Source: a virus (lineage: Duplodnaviria; Caudoviricetes). From it: DNA of 64,000 nt. Where the stretch lies: IMG/VR virus record IMGVR_UViG_3300021400_001148, positions 96,001-160,000 of that record; one strand, given 5' to 3'. Made by a program: the position numbers and the translations under genes. The notes below the pieces were generated by a model that was given only the letters and a program-made list of their open reading frames with translations, made no database searches and was not told the origin of the DNA. Below, one piece after another: positions 10,506 to 20,520 of this stretch. Every line of letters begins with the position of its first letter. Positions within the stretch are counted from its first letter, which is position 1.

Positions 10506-10533
10506 CAATAACTAATCCACCGGCTTCAGAAAG

Positions 10534-10577
10534 ATGCGCCAGAATCCGGGAGGAAATTGAAATTATTTGTATATTTG
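10534..10577 (+). promoter_or_regulatory. Bacteroidota-type promoter with upstream TGCGCC element
   Basis: ATGCGCC (10534-10540), 29-nt gap, TATATTTG (10570-10577), heading the plus-strand gene run. Confidence 0.7.
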
Positions 10578-10639
10578 CAACACGGGACTAAAGTAGTGGG
10601 TTTTCTCCCGTAATTATCATAAAGAAAGGAGGAAAATAA

Positions 10640-10948
10640 ATGAAGTACATTAACACAGATAGACTGATTGCTGAGATAGAAAGGCGAAAGAAAGAGATTT
10701 TTGAAATTGGCGATGACACATTTGAGAACAGATGGGTTTGTGGCTCACTTGATGGTATCAAAGCATTTGCCATATCTCTCCAGCAGGAGCAGCCGGAGGT
10801 GGATTTCGAGAAGGAATTAAAAAACGAGAGGACTAAATTATTGGATGCGTTTGGTCCAATGAACGGAGAGCAATGTCTTGCTATTAGGAATTTTGCTCGT
10901 CACTTTTACGAACTTGTTAAAACCGCAAGAAAGGAGGAAAGTAAATGA
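10640..10948 (+). CDS. Hypothetical protein, paralogue family D
   Basis: MKYI..LIAEI...SLQQEQPEVD shared with 52479-52916. Confidence 0.75.
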   Translation: MKYINTDRLIAEIERRKKEIFEIGDDTFENRWVCGSLDGIKAFAISLQQEQPEVDFEKELKNERTKLLDAFGPMNGEQCLAIRNFARHFYELVKTARKEESK

Positions 10949-11117
10949 AATACGAAGCTGAAGGTATCGTAACAGATGCAGGTGGTCTTTTTGGATATGA
11001 TGTAGCCGCGTTTACGTTTGATGAAAACCACACATACATCGTGCTCCTTCCTCACGTAGAAGGCGGCAAGTGGGGTGACAAAGTTAAATTAACAATTACC
11101 AGAGAGAGCAAATAACC

Positions 11118-11372
11118 ATGACAAGAGAAGAGGCAATACAGAAGTTAACACCTTTCATCCCGTATAAGATTTATGTGCCTCAACATAATATTGAAGCAGG
11201 GAATATTCAAGAATTGAACGAACTTATTGTAGCAGGTTCAACGGAATACATTCGCAAGGACGCTCTGCTGGATTGGGCAAAAGAACAGGCTTCTATCACT
11301 GAGAAACTTAATGGCAAAGGCGCTATGTTGAAAGCGTGGGATAGTTTAATTGATAAAATCGAATCGCTATGA
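11118..11372 (+). CDS. Hypothetical protein
   Basis: MTREEAI start shared with 17609; EYIRKDALL motif. Confidence 0.65.
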   Translation: MTREEAIQKLTPFIPYKIYVPQHNIEAGNIQELNELIVAGSTEYIRKDALLDWAKEQASITEKLNGKGAMLKAWDSLIDKIESL

Positions 11373-11550
11373 CACAAGAAGAAAGATATAAAGAGGCAAT
11401 GGCATTTATTGATTCAAACAAAATGTCTCATTTCAGTGAATCATACGGACCGGATTGCCGAGTATATAAAGACCGTACAGATGTTGTTAGTGTTAATGTT
11501 GCTAAACTTGCCGTGGATATAGCGTTAGGTAAATTATAATTTCATTATAT

Positions 11551-11742
11551 ATGGTATTTTGGATTATTTTGTCAATCATTGCATATTCATTGTTAGGAAC
11601 AATGATTTGTGCTAAGATTGGTGTATTATGTGACAGCGATAATTTTTTGGGATTGGATGATTTTTTGGCATTGATTGTTGATACTATATTGATTGCCTCC
11701 TGGCCATTGACGCTTATATTTCATTTTTTATTGGAGGATTGA
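11551..11742 (+). CDS. Small membrane protein
   Basis: Two hydrophobic segments in 63 aa. Confidence 0.55.
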   Translation: MVFWIILSIIAYSLLGTMICAKIGVLCDSDNFLGLDDFLALIVDTILIASWPLTLIFHFLLED

Positions 11743-11747
11743 GAGTT

Positions 11748-12143
11748 ATGACACAAGAAGAAAAAAAATTACTGCTGAAAGACCTTTGCGCGAGGTTGCC
11801 TTATGAGCCACACATCTACATTAAAGCCGGAAAAGCACATGCAGATATTGTGCTGAACGGGACACATATTCACGACTGGATGACGGTTCCATCATGTCAA
11901 AACATAACCATCAAACCATATCTTCGTCCAATGTCAACTATGACTGGGGAAGAGAGAAAATATTATATCCACCTTCTTAATTTAACAAAATCTGACAGAA
12001 TTGTAATATCAAAGGACGGATTAGGAACATCAGGAGCAGAGGATATTATTGATTATCTCAATGCACATTACCTCGATTTTCGTGGTTTAATCCCTATGGG
12101 ACTTGCTCTTGAAGCGCCTAAGGATATGTATAAAACCGAATAA
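11748..12143 (+). CDS. Hypothetical protein, paralogue family A
   Basis: MTQEEKxLLLKDLCARLPY...KPYLRPMS...DFRGLIPMGLALEAP. Confidence 0.8.
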   Translation: MTQEEKKLLLKDLCARLPYEPHIYIKAGKAHADIVLNGTHIHDWMTVPSCQNITIKPYLRPMSTMTGEERKYYIHLLNLTKSDRIVISKDGLGTSGAEDIIDYLNAHYLDFRGLIPMGLALEAPKDMYKTE

Positions 12144-12154
12144 AATTTCTGTAG

Positions 12155-12346
12155 ATGAAAATAAAAGTAAACAAGAATCAGTGGCTTGACGATTACATTG
12201 CAGGAAATTGGGCACGCGAAATGCGGGATTACGATTTGAGTGTTACCCCTAACCACAATACGGGCGAATTTAAAATGGAGGATGTTACACCTGAACAGTT
12301 AATGGATTACATCAATAAAGGCTACGGAATTAAAATAAACTGCTAA
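12155..12346 (+). CDS. Hypothetical protein
   Basis: Packed ORF in the plus-strand run. Confidence 0.6.
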   Translation: MKIKVNKNQWLDDYIAGNWAREMRDYDLSVTPNHNTGEFKMEDVTPEQLMDYINKGYGIKINC

Positions 12347-12350
12347 GGCT

Positions 12351-12716
12351 ATGGGCAAGAAATTTTCAGAGTTGAAGGCGGGCGATTCTGTGTGGGTTTG
12401 GTGGTATAGTGAATTGTACGAATATGGACTTCACGAAATTCGTTCTGCTAAGATATTTTTGCTTACTGATGATGGGAAAGTAGAACTGAAACCGTCAGGA
12501 GAAATGTTAATGTCTTTAAACGGTGGCGGCGAATATGTAATACGCAACGACGAAAGCAACTATGAAGCATTTGTTTATGGATGTGATGGTCATGAATATA
12601 AAATTTTCGGCACGTCCAAGGAAGCAGTAAAAAACCTACTTCAAGAAGTTTTAACAAAAGACATAGAAAAAATTGAAGCCGACAAACAAAAATGGCTAGC
12701 CGAATTTGATAAATAA
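12351..12716 (+). CDS. Hypothetical protein
   Basis: Packed ORF in the plus-strand run. Confidence 0.65.
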   Translation: MGKKFSELKAGDSVWVWWYSELYEYGLHEIRSAKIFLLTDDGKVELKPSGEMLMSLNGGGEYVIRNDESNYEAFVYGCDGHEYKIFGTSKEAVKNLLQEVLTKDIEKIEADKQKWLAEFDK

Positions 12717-12720
12717 CACG

Positions 12721-13509
12721 ATGAGAATATTATGCATACTGCAAAACGCATGGGGTGACAGGGAACTTCCCATTACATTTATTCCCAATCCCTTCAATAA
12801 AAGCGCAAAAACCATCAGGAAAATGGTGGGTGACAACTTTTTTATGTTTTCCAACACAACCGATGTGGTAACGAAGACCTCAAGGGAAAAACCAAAACCC
12901 AATTACGAACACTTTGAAAAGGTGATAAAAAGGATAAAGTACTTCGACATGGTCCTCGTATGTGGAAAACAGGCGGAGGAAACAGTAAATAAATATATGA
13001 CGGAAATTGAATCGCAGGGAAAGCCAATTATGTTTGTTCCTCATCCTGCGGCCAGAAACCTCACTAACGCGAAATGTGAGGAAATTAGAGAACAAATAAA
13101 GAAATACGAAAAGTCCATGACACAAGAAGATAAACAACTATTACTTAAAGACCTTTGTGCAAGGTTGCCGTATATTACATATTATGACTTATCATACTAT
13201 GGGCATAAAACACGAGCCGTTTTACAAGAGCTTATAACAACAAAAGACCCATTAAAAAGTCTTGTAAAAGTTAACACCGTTGTCAGTCCAATTCCTTATG
13301 AGAATATCAAGCCTTATCTCCGTCCAATGTCAAGTATGACCGAGGAAGAGAAAAATGAATATTTTGGCAGAATAACAACAAATAGTCTTATTGAAACATT
13401 TTCACAACGAGTTATTGATTGGCTTAATACGCATCACTTTGACTATCGTGGTTTGATACCTATGGGACTTGCTCTTGAAGCACCAGAAGGAATGTATAAA
13501 AACGAATAA
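12721..13509 (+). CDS. Uracil-DNA-glycosylase-like domain fused in frame to a family A domain
   Basis: VLVCGKQA and VPHPAAR motifs; family A sequence begins at an internal Met near 13118. Confidence 0.5.
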   Translation: MRILCILQNAWGDRELPITFIPNPFNKSAKTIRKMVGDNFFMFSNTTDVVTKTSREKPKPNYEHFEKVIKRIKYFDMVLVCGKQAEETVNKYMTEIESQGKPIMFVPHPAARNLTNAKCEEIREQIKKYEKSMTQEDKQLLLKDLCARLPYITYYDLSYYGHKTRAVLQELITTKDPLKSLVKVNTVVSPIPYENIKPYLRPMSSMTEEEKNEYFGRITTNSLIETFSQRVIDWLNTHHFDYRGLIPMGLALEAPEGMYKNE

Positions 13510-13741
13510 GCATGTTTTGGATTTATGTACTCATAGTCGTAGGATTATTATTAGGCTTATATCTTTCGTATAGAGCATTGAAGTCCGACACCGATGAAGA
13601 GGCAGTATCTTTTTGTTTCTTAAGTGGGGCAATTCTTGGTTTTTCCATTCTCGGAATAATAGGAATAATATCAAGTTAATAAGGAAAATGGGATTTGATG
13701 AAGAGTGTGCTTGTTTATATGATTTGGTAAAAATATAGGAT

Positions 13742-14065
13742 ATGGAAAAGGAACGTAAAAAATATGTAGACAATGATGTCTTTGTGTTTGACTGCGTATT
13801 GAAATGGGATTTGTCAAGAATCAATGATATAACCATCTATACAAAGCCTTTCCCTTCAAAGGGGTTTGTTGCAATGGAAGAAGAACTTGATGCGGCAGAA
13901 AAAACCGTCAGGGAAAAGTATTTCACACAGGAAAGAATCAATGAACTGAAACAAGAACTGATTCAAAAAATACAGGAGTGTGAAAACCCATTTGAAATCT
14001 CTTGTGTGGATATGGATGGGGGTTACAATGTTACAGAAGATATGTTGTTTGATGTAGAAAAGTAG
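13742..14065 (+). CDS. Hypothetical protein
   Basis: Packed ORF. Confidence 0.65.
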   Translation: MEKERKKYVDNDVFVFDCVLKWDLSRINDITIYTKPFPSKGFVAMEEELDAAEKTVREKYFTQERINELKQELIQKIQECENPFEISCVDMDGGYNVTEDMLFDVEK

Positions 14066-14067
14066 AT

Positions 14068-14529
14068 ATGGTTACAGAAGACTACGTTAATTTTGAGGTA
14101 GCCAAACTCCTTAAGGAAAAGGGATTTGACGGGCCATGCTATAAAGTGTGGGAATCACATGGTGACTCGCAGACTCTTGTGGGGGCATCATGGTTTGCCG
14201 AAGGTGAAACAGTTGTTAACAGGGAATCAGTAGATGCTGCTGCTAAACAGTATGCTTATGAATATAACCTTAACAATAATGTTGAGGGATATTTGGCCCC
14301 AACCCTTCAAATGGTAATGAAGTGGCTGAGGGAAGTTCATAATCTGCACTGTTGTATTGACTACGATTTTGTTCTTGAGTGGTATTGTCAGATTACAAGT
14401 CTCAAAGAAACAGTTGAATATGACGATTTGGAAATGAAGCACTATCACCCCGATAAAGTTAATAGTTTCTCTTCGCCAGAAGAAGCCTGTGAAGTAGCAA
14501 TTAAATATTGTCTTGAAAATTTAATTTAG
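14068..14529 (+). CDS. Hypothetical protein, paralogue family B
   Basis: EDYVxFExAKLLKEKGFD...PTLQM..KWLRE...YCLENLI. Confidence 0.8.
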   Translation: MVTEDYVNFEVAKLLKEKGFDGPCYKVWESHGDSQTLVGASWFAEGETVVNRESVDAAAKQYAYEYNLNNNVEGYLAPTLQMVMKWLREVHNLHCCIDYDFVLEWYCQITSLKETVEYDDLEMKHYHPDKVNSFSSPEEACEVAIKYCLENLI

Positions 14530-14531
14530 AT

Positions 14532-14906
14532 ATGGCACAAGAAGAAAAACAATTACTACTCAAGGACCTTTGTGCAAGGTTGCCATATGAAACTATGTTT
14601 TATTCTGATAGATATGGAGAAGAATGTCTACTTAGTATTGACTTAGAGTATAACAAAGTCAATGAATTGTACTCATTAGAAGAAATTAAGCCCTATCTCC
14701 GTCCTATGTCAAGTATGACTGAGGAAGAAATAAACGAGTTTATCCTAATATCGGACACCGTGCTTTGGCTGGGTGATAAGAAGTCGACCAGTATATTAAG
14801 CCTTGAACAAATAGACTGGCTTAACGCTCATCACTTTGACTACCGTGGATTGATTGAAAAGGGCGTGGCCCTTGAAGCTAAAGAAGGAATGTATAACATC
14901 AAATAG
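14532..14906 (+). CDS. Hypothetical protein, paralogue family A
   Basis: Family A motifs. Confidence 0.8.
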   Translation: MAQEEKQLLLKDLCARLPYETMFYSDRYGEECLLSIDLEYNKVNELYSLEEIKPYLRPMSSMTEEEINEFILISDTVLWLGDKKSTSILSLEQIDWLNAHHFDYRGLIEKGVALEAKEGMYNIK

Positions 14907-14908
14907 TT

Positions 14909-15124
14909 ATGGAAGAAAACCTTACAAGATTAGAAGACTTTAACAATGCAGGGCAAGTCCTTGAATATAAAGGATATGTTATTAGTACTGACTATGACTC
15001 TGATTGTGACAACTATTGGAGAATACAAATTTGCAAACAGAATGGTGAACTAGTTAAATGTGGCGTTTATAGATATGAACTTGAACATATATTGGATAAA
15101 TTACCAGATTTAACTAAATCGTAG
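14909..15124 (+). CDS. Hypothetical protein
   Basis: Packed ORF. Confidence 0.6.
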   Translation: MEENLTRLEDFNNAGQVLEYKGYVISTDYDSDCDNYWRIQICKQNGELVKCGVYRYELEHILDKLPDLTKS

Positions 15125-15131
15125 AAAAATT

Positions 15132-16082
15132 ATGACACAGGAAGAAAAGCAAATATTGTTGATTGACCTTTGCGCAAGGTTGCCTTATGGGGTTAAAGTA
15201 AAAATAACTAATGAGGGTGTTCTATCGGTTGATAGTGAAAAAGGAACTCTTGATGGTAAAGAAATCATGAGTGATGACTGCTTCACTATTAAATGTGATA
15301 AGGATAGTTGGATATTGTCATATGATGAATTCAAACCTTATCTCCGTCCAATGTCAAGTATGACTGAGGAAGAGAAGTGGGAATCTATTGATATTAAGAA
15401 AGGGGAATGCAACGGCTGTGTTCTTACTGGAAAAGGTGACCCAAATACAGAATTTATGCTAGTTGATTTCTATAATAAGCATCACCTTGACTATCGCGGA
15501 TTGATTCCTATGGGAATTGCTCTTGAAGCCCCGGGGAAATGTATGAAAATATATAAAAACAAACAGAATATGACAAGAGAAGAAAATATCACCGTTCCTC
15601 GCTGGTTTCTCGAAACAGTGGAAGATACGCTTCGGATTCAGAACAATATCAACCTTGATAAAAGTACCGGGGAAACCTGTCAGGACCGAAATGTAAAAGA
15701 ATCTCTCAACGGATTGCGAAAACTTTTGAGAGGCGAAGAACTAACCGGGGGAGAAAGATTGGAAAAGTTACAGCCCTCCCTTCCCTCCAATCTGGACGAG
15801 GCAGCAGAAGAAACAGCCAAAAAATATTATTGTTCGTGTTTGGAAAAGCACAATGAAACCGGCATTTGCGATGGGTGCGAAAATGTAAAACTATCTTTCA
15901 AGGCCGGTGCCGAGTGGATGGCCGGACAGGGATATGTCGATACTCACGCAGTGATAAATGAATATAGAGATTGGGGTGACGGGTTTGCAAATCTGGAACT
16001 TGCCATTGCCACCAATGATGATTTCTTTGAAGATTGGCAAGAACCGAATGAAATAATCATCCAAATCCGAAAGAAACAGTAA
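15132..16082 (+). CDS. Family A domain fused to family C domain (possibly two genes that lost a stop)
   Basis: Family A motifs, then MTREE...QPSLPSNLDEAAE...FKAGAEWMAGQG. Confidence 0.65.
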   Translation: MTQEEKQILLIDLCARLPYGVKVKITNEGVLSVDSEKGTLDGKEIMSDDCFTIKCDKDSWILSYDEFKPYLRPMSSMTEEEKWESIDIKKGECNGCVLTGKGDPNTEFMLVDFYNKHHLDYRGLIPMGIALEAPGKCMKIYKNKQNMTREENITVPRWFLETVEDTLRIQNNINLDKSTGETCQDRNVKESLNGLRKLLRGEELTGGERLEKLQPSLPSNLDEAAEETAKKYYCSCLEKHNETGICDGCENVKLSFKAGAEWMAGQGYVDTHAVINEYRDWGDGFANLELAIATNDDFFEDWQEPNEIIIQIRKKQ

Positions 16083-16084
16083 CC

Positions 16085-16411
16085 ATGAGAACAAAACCCA
16101 TACATCCCGATGAAGAACTTTTTACAAAGTCCGGCTTAAGTTATGAGCGTATCCCCATCCCAACAGCCGTAACAAAAATACTTAGGCGGAAGGTGGGAGA
16201 TAAGGTATTAATTTGCCACTATGCGAGAAATACGCACGACACGGCTGTATTGAACTATGTGAGTTTCAATGAGGGATTTTTACACCAATATGCAGGCTAT
16301 AGTTTCGGTATATCCCCGGGGCAAACACTAAAAGAAAAACTCATTATAGTGGCAGAGAATATTGCTGAGACTTGGCCGGAATATGCAGTAAGAAAACGAA
16401 AGAAACAGTAA
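16085..16411 (+). CDS. Hypothetical protein
   Basis: Flanked by identical junction repeats. Confidence 0.65.
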   Translation: MRTKPIHPDEELFTKSGLSYERIPIPTAVTKILRRKVGDKVLICHYARNTHDTAVLNYVSFNEGFLHQYAGYSFGISPGQTLKEKLIIVAENIAETWPEYAVRKRKKQ

Positions 16412-16413
16412 CC

Positions 16414-16614
16414 ATGACAAAAAGCGAGTTATCAATACTTGAAAATGCATTGAAAGAAATACAAGACAAAGAACACGAATGTTTCCGGCAGATGGCTTAT
16501 CTTAAAGAACACAAGTTTGAAATGGAACGAGCCGCCATATCTTATAAGCAAGAGGCGTATAACAATAGCTGGCTAATTCTTTCATTCGCAATAGATAAAT
16601 TAAAGAAACAGTAA
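16414..16614 (+). CDS. Hypothetical coiled-coil protein
   Basis: ATG lies within the junction repeat at 16414. Confidence 0.6.
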   Translation: MTKSELSILENALKEIQDKEHECFRQMAYLKEHKFEMERAAISYKQEAYNNSWLILSFAIDKLKKQ

Positions 16615-16618
16615 CCAA

Positions 16619-16697
16619 GGGCGCGGAATGCGAGATAGATGAATAATGGCATAAGTATTAAGTCAGTCGCGACGCATATCTCGAACGCGCCCTTTTT
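16619..16697 (+). terminator. Long structured hairpin with T-tail (terminator or small RNA)
   Basis: GGGCGCG/CGCGCCC outer stem, CGAGATA/TATCTCG inner stem, then TTTTT. Confidence 0.5.
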
Positions 16698-16729
16698 ATT
16701 AACCCGGCGAAAGCCTAAAAGAGAAAAAG

Positions 16730-17131
16730 ATGATTAAAGTTACTGAACTTCAAATAGGAGATTGGGTGCAGAATCCGCTTGGATGGAAGGCACAAGTACA
16801 GTCTATTAGATATGTGAACACCATCAAAGATGAGTGGGAGTGGCTGGTTAAGATTGGAATCAATAATGAAACATTTCAAGACCATTTATCATTAACCGAA
16901 ATAGAGCCTATCCCCTTAACGCCCGAAATCTTGGAGAAGAACGGATTTTCATGCCGTGGTGTCTGGTGTCTTCCTGGTGAAGATTTGGGCCTTCGGCAAG
17001 ACGGAGACAGTTGGGGGCTACTCTCATATTACGCCGAATATGATGCTTTGGCGTTTTGCCATATCAAATATGTCCACGAACTTCAGAACGCCCTTCGGCT
17101 TTGTGAGATTGAAAAAGAAATCAAATTATAG
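16730..17131 (+). CDS. Conserved phage hypothetical protein
   Basis: ELQIGDWV...IEPIPLTPEILEKNGF...YVHELQNAL pattern. Confidence 0.75.
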   Translation: MIKVTELQIGDWVQNPLGWKAQVQSIRYVNTIKDEWEWLVKIGINNETFQDHLSLTEIEPIPLTPEILEKNGFSCRGVWCLPGEDLGLRQDGDSWGLLSYYAEYDALAFCHIKYVHELQNALRLCEIEKEIKL

Positions 17132-17204
17132 TATATATCTTTGAAAACTATATTCAGATTACAATTATGACAATGGTTAAATATAGACGTTAATTTAGAA
17201 TAAT

Positions 17205-17606
17205 ATGATTGTTGAAGATTATGTCAGTTTTGAGACTGCGAAACTCCTGAAGGAAAAGGGATTTGATGAACCTTGCCATTGTTTGTGGAATAATCCTCAT
17301 GGCACCCCTTATAATTCTATCGATTGTATGATGACGACCTATGAAGATATAGACCCCGAGGTTGTCCATCATTGGTATCTTTGTCCAACCCTCCAAATGG
17401 CAATAAAGTGGTTGAGGGAAAAACATTTAATTTTCTTCGACATTTTCCACATTATCGGAGACATTGAAGATGGCGAAGAGTTCCAAATAGGGGTTTATGA
17501 AAAAACAAGCACGGATACATACACTTGGAAAAATTGGATTAAAGGAGAAACATACGAAAAAACCTATGAAAAAGCAATCCAATATTGTCTTGAAAATTTA
17601 ATTTAG
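17205..17606 (+). CDS. Hypothetical protein, paralogue family B
   Basis: Family B motifs. Confidence 0.8.
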   Translation: MIVEDYVSFETAKLLKEKGFDEPCHCLWNNPHGTPYNSIDCMMTTYEDIDPEVVHHWYLCPTLQMAIKWLREKHLIFFDIFHIIGDIEDGEEFQIGVYEKTSTDTYTWKNWIKGETYEKTYEKAIQYCLENLI

Positions 17607-17608
17607 CC

Positions 17609-17974
17609 ATGACAAGAGAAGAAGCTATTGAGACTATAAAGGATATTTGTCTCACGACAGAACAGTTAACACACATTGAGGAAGCATTGGAGTGTTTGCT
17701 CTCCCAGCCCTCCCTTCCCTCCAACCTTGATGAGGCGGCAGAGAAGAACTTTGAAACCATGAAGGTTCTTGAACACGAAAACATCTTTGAAGAAACCCAC
17801 AATAGAATCTTCAAATCCGGGGCAGAGTGGATGGCGGGGCAGGGATATACAACAGAAAAAACGGTTAATAGAACGCCTCTTAACGGACCAGCTGGAATAT
17901 GCTTGAATCTTCACGATTCCACCGGCTTTAAGATTGGCGACAAAGTAATCGTTCAAGTCAGAAAGAAACGCTAA
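17609..17974 (+). CDS. Hypothetical protein, paralogue family C
   Basis: QPSLPSNLDEAAE...FKSGAEWMAGQG. Confidence 0.8.
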   Translation: MTREEAIETIKDICLTTEQLTHIEEALECLLSQPSLPSNLDEAAEKNFETMKVLEHENIFEETHNRIFKSGAEWMAGQGYTTEKTVNRTPLNGPAGICLNLHDSTGFKIGDKVIVQVRKKR

Positions 17975-18963
17975 TTTCCGTATTCTCCGTAACACCATTT
18001 TAACGGAATAATAAAGATGCGGACTTTTTCCGTGAATAGAATAGTATGAAGTCGGTGTTTCCCCGGGGTACGGATGTGGTTGACAGTCAGGATGTTATGC
18101 GGAAGCGCTTTGGGGGCCCCGGGGAAAAATAGGGGAAGAAAGTGGAAGAAAATGGAAAAAAGTGGAAAAATTGGCCTTCCGAACTGCGGCTCGTGCGGCC
18201 GCGACCCCCTGGAAACAGTAAAAAATTATTAAGTTACGAAAAAAAATCGACATATCCCCGGGGCCCGGCGCAATTCAATCAGCGGCGAAGTCCTTTCCGC
18301 ATTCAGCACATTTTATCGGAATATATTCTGCACAATATTTTATTTTTGTATATTTGTATAACCCCGGGGGTCCGGCAGTTTCCTTTTCCCCTGACCGGTA
18401 TTATTCCCCGGGGTTTTTATTATAATGGAATACGTTCGGCTACATAAGGCTGCAATTGTCAAAAGGTCGAAAAATCATCTATAGGAAATTCCGGAAAAGA
18501 GGGTATTTTATTGTCAAAAGGTCGAAATTCAGATGAAGTCCAAGTTCAAGATAGGAATGGAATCCCCGGGGGTTGTGATTGACACCACCTCTTGGGGATA
18601 TTCCCCCGGGGCGGGTGTGGATGTATTTTACCCACAGTGGATGAGGGCGGTTCTTTCTCCCCGGGGCGTGAACGACATCGGTGCCATATGGTTGTTCGGG
18701 GAAAGTATGAAAATGACCGGCCACGGGGATGTGTTCATCTTCAGGAACCAGAACCGGCTTAAGTACTACGGGAAATGAGAAAGGTTGACAGTCCCTCTGG
18801 TTTTAGGAGGATTTTCGAAGTCGGGGTGAAATATATTTTCGACCCGTATTTCTGGTACTATTCCCGGTACGAGCCTCCGCAGGATGAAAATCCCAATTCT
18901 TTCAGGGACTGGAACAGATTTTCAGAGCGGTGGTAATATTTATAGAGGATAAAACTTTTATAT

Positions 18964-19149
18964 ATGCCAGAAAGGGTTTTCAGTGGACTTATGATTGCAT
19001 TCGGGCTTGGGGGTGTGTTCTATTCCCTCGCGCATCTTATGCTTGTCAATCCCATCGCCGGGGTTGTCGGTTTCCTTGTGAGTATGATTGTGGCGATACT
19101 GGGTCTGGACGACAGTGCGAAGAACGACGAACGCAACGGGAAAAAATAA
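18964..19149 (+). CDS. Small membrane protein
   Basis: Two hydrophobic helices. Confidence 0.5.
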   Translation: MPERVFSGLMIAFGLGGVFYSLAHLMLVNPIAGVVGFLVSMIVAILGLDDSAKNDERNGKK

Positions 19150-19257
19150 CAGATTGAAACTTTTTTTGAATTTTTGCTTACGATTTTTTATTTTTTCGTA
19201 AGTGAATTTTTTGAAAACTGTAAGCAAAAAGGGGCTAACCTGAGAAAGGCTGGTCCC

Positions 19258-19911
19258 TTAATATTTTTTCGGTGTGTCGTGCATCCGTCTGAAGACATTG
19301 AGGCATTGGATGCTCCAGTTTATGAAATATACCTCCCGGGGGTTGGCGTTCATATATCCGCGGGAGACAAGTGCTCTTCTGGTGTTGAACATCTTGCTCC
19401 TGAGACTGATGGTATCTATCCCCGGGGAATCCGGTGTGCGGACACAGTGCCGGTAGAAAAATTCAATGTTTCTCATATTCTGTTTGGTTGGTCCCTGTGT
19501 ATCTTGTTTTCCGGGCGGTGCATTTTCCTGAACTCGTTGAGGTATTGGAGCGAGTAGTTTACGAAATAATGTGCCCCGGGGTCTTTGTTTTTGTCCCACC
19601 ACAGCATCTGGGAAGGAAAGACGAAAAGGCGGCCGTACCAATATTCTATGCCTATGCTTGCAGGGGAATCCATTGAATGTCCGGCGTGCTTGTTTGCAAA
19701 TTCAATCCATCTCATAATAATAGTCTTCCGTGTGCTGGTCTACCCATTCCGGGTTTCTTGTCCGTGGCCAGTTGGGGCCGAGTCCAAGTGCGATGTCCCC
19801 GGGGTACTGGATAAAAGAAAAGCGCTCCCAGAAGAAAATATCATCGGGAGTGCTGTCGAAGAGGCTGTCCTCGGGGAAATATCTTGCCGGCGATTCTGGG
19901 CCCCTTTCCAT
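19258..19911 (-). CDS. Three coupled small hypothetical ORFs (19702-19911, 19473-19715, 19258-19476)
   Basis: Overlapping stop/start junctions downstream of the DUF1599 gene. Confidence 0.45.
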
Positions 19912-19913
19912 TG

Positions 19914-20495
19914 TTACTTCCTGTGCAGGGCTTCTACTGCCATTATTGAATAGGCCGCAAGGTCCCTCAGCGTGTCTTCAATGCTTTCGTCCTTGACCTT
20001 CTGTTCAACCCCGGGGGATGTAAGGGTCTTCAGCCTGCGGTACTTGTCGCCGATACGCATAACATATGAATTGATGCCGAACTCCTTGTAGGATTCATAT
20101 GCAGCGTCACCGTAATCGTTGTTCTTCCGTTCGTGGAGGTCCATAATCTCACGGGCGATGGTGTCAAATGTGAGGATGCGATTCGTCTGGAAATCTGCTT
20201 TGGCTGCGGCGACTCCCTCATCGGAAATTCTTTCCTTGTCAGGGCCACAGCTCTCCCAAGGGCGGTAGGTGGCGTATTCCTCCCACCATTTTTTTCCTTC
20301 AAGCGTTGGAGATTCCTTCACTTCCGCCTCTGGTGCCACATAGGGCTTCCCTGATTTGTCTTCCTCTACCGGCACATTCCAGTATCTCGGTGTGTTTGCA
20401 TTAAGTTTATTCTTTACCATACTTTGTTTGTATTTTTTGTGGACCCCGGGGACGGTGACACTCCGCCTTACGCCCGGTAAAAGCCGGGGCTTCAT
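19914..20495 (-). CDS. DUF1599/Nmad1-like nucleotide-modification-associated protein
   Basis: ERKNNDYGDA...RIGDKYRRL...ESIEDTLRDLAAYSIM. Confidence 0.75.
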   Translation of the reverse strand: MKPRLLPGVRRSVTVPGVHKKYKQSMVKNKLNANTPRYWNVPVEEDKSGKPYVAPEAEVKESPTLEGKKWWEEYATYRPWESCGPDKERISDEGVAAAKADFQTNRILTFDTIAREIMDLHERKNNDYGDAAYESYKEFGINSYVMRIGDKYRRLKTLTSPGVEQKVKDESIEDTLRDLAAYSIMAVEALHRK

Positions 20496-20520
20496 AAACC
20501 AAAAGCCTCCCGGGGTTGTT

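Noticed and set aside
18142-18447. ORF-track protein in the low-complexity CCCCGGGG/A-tract region
   Set aside because: GTG start, biased composition, and it overlaps apparent regulatory motifs; probably noncoding.
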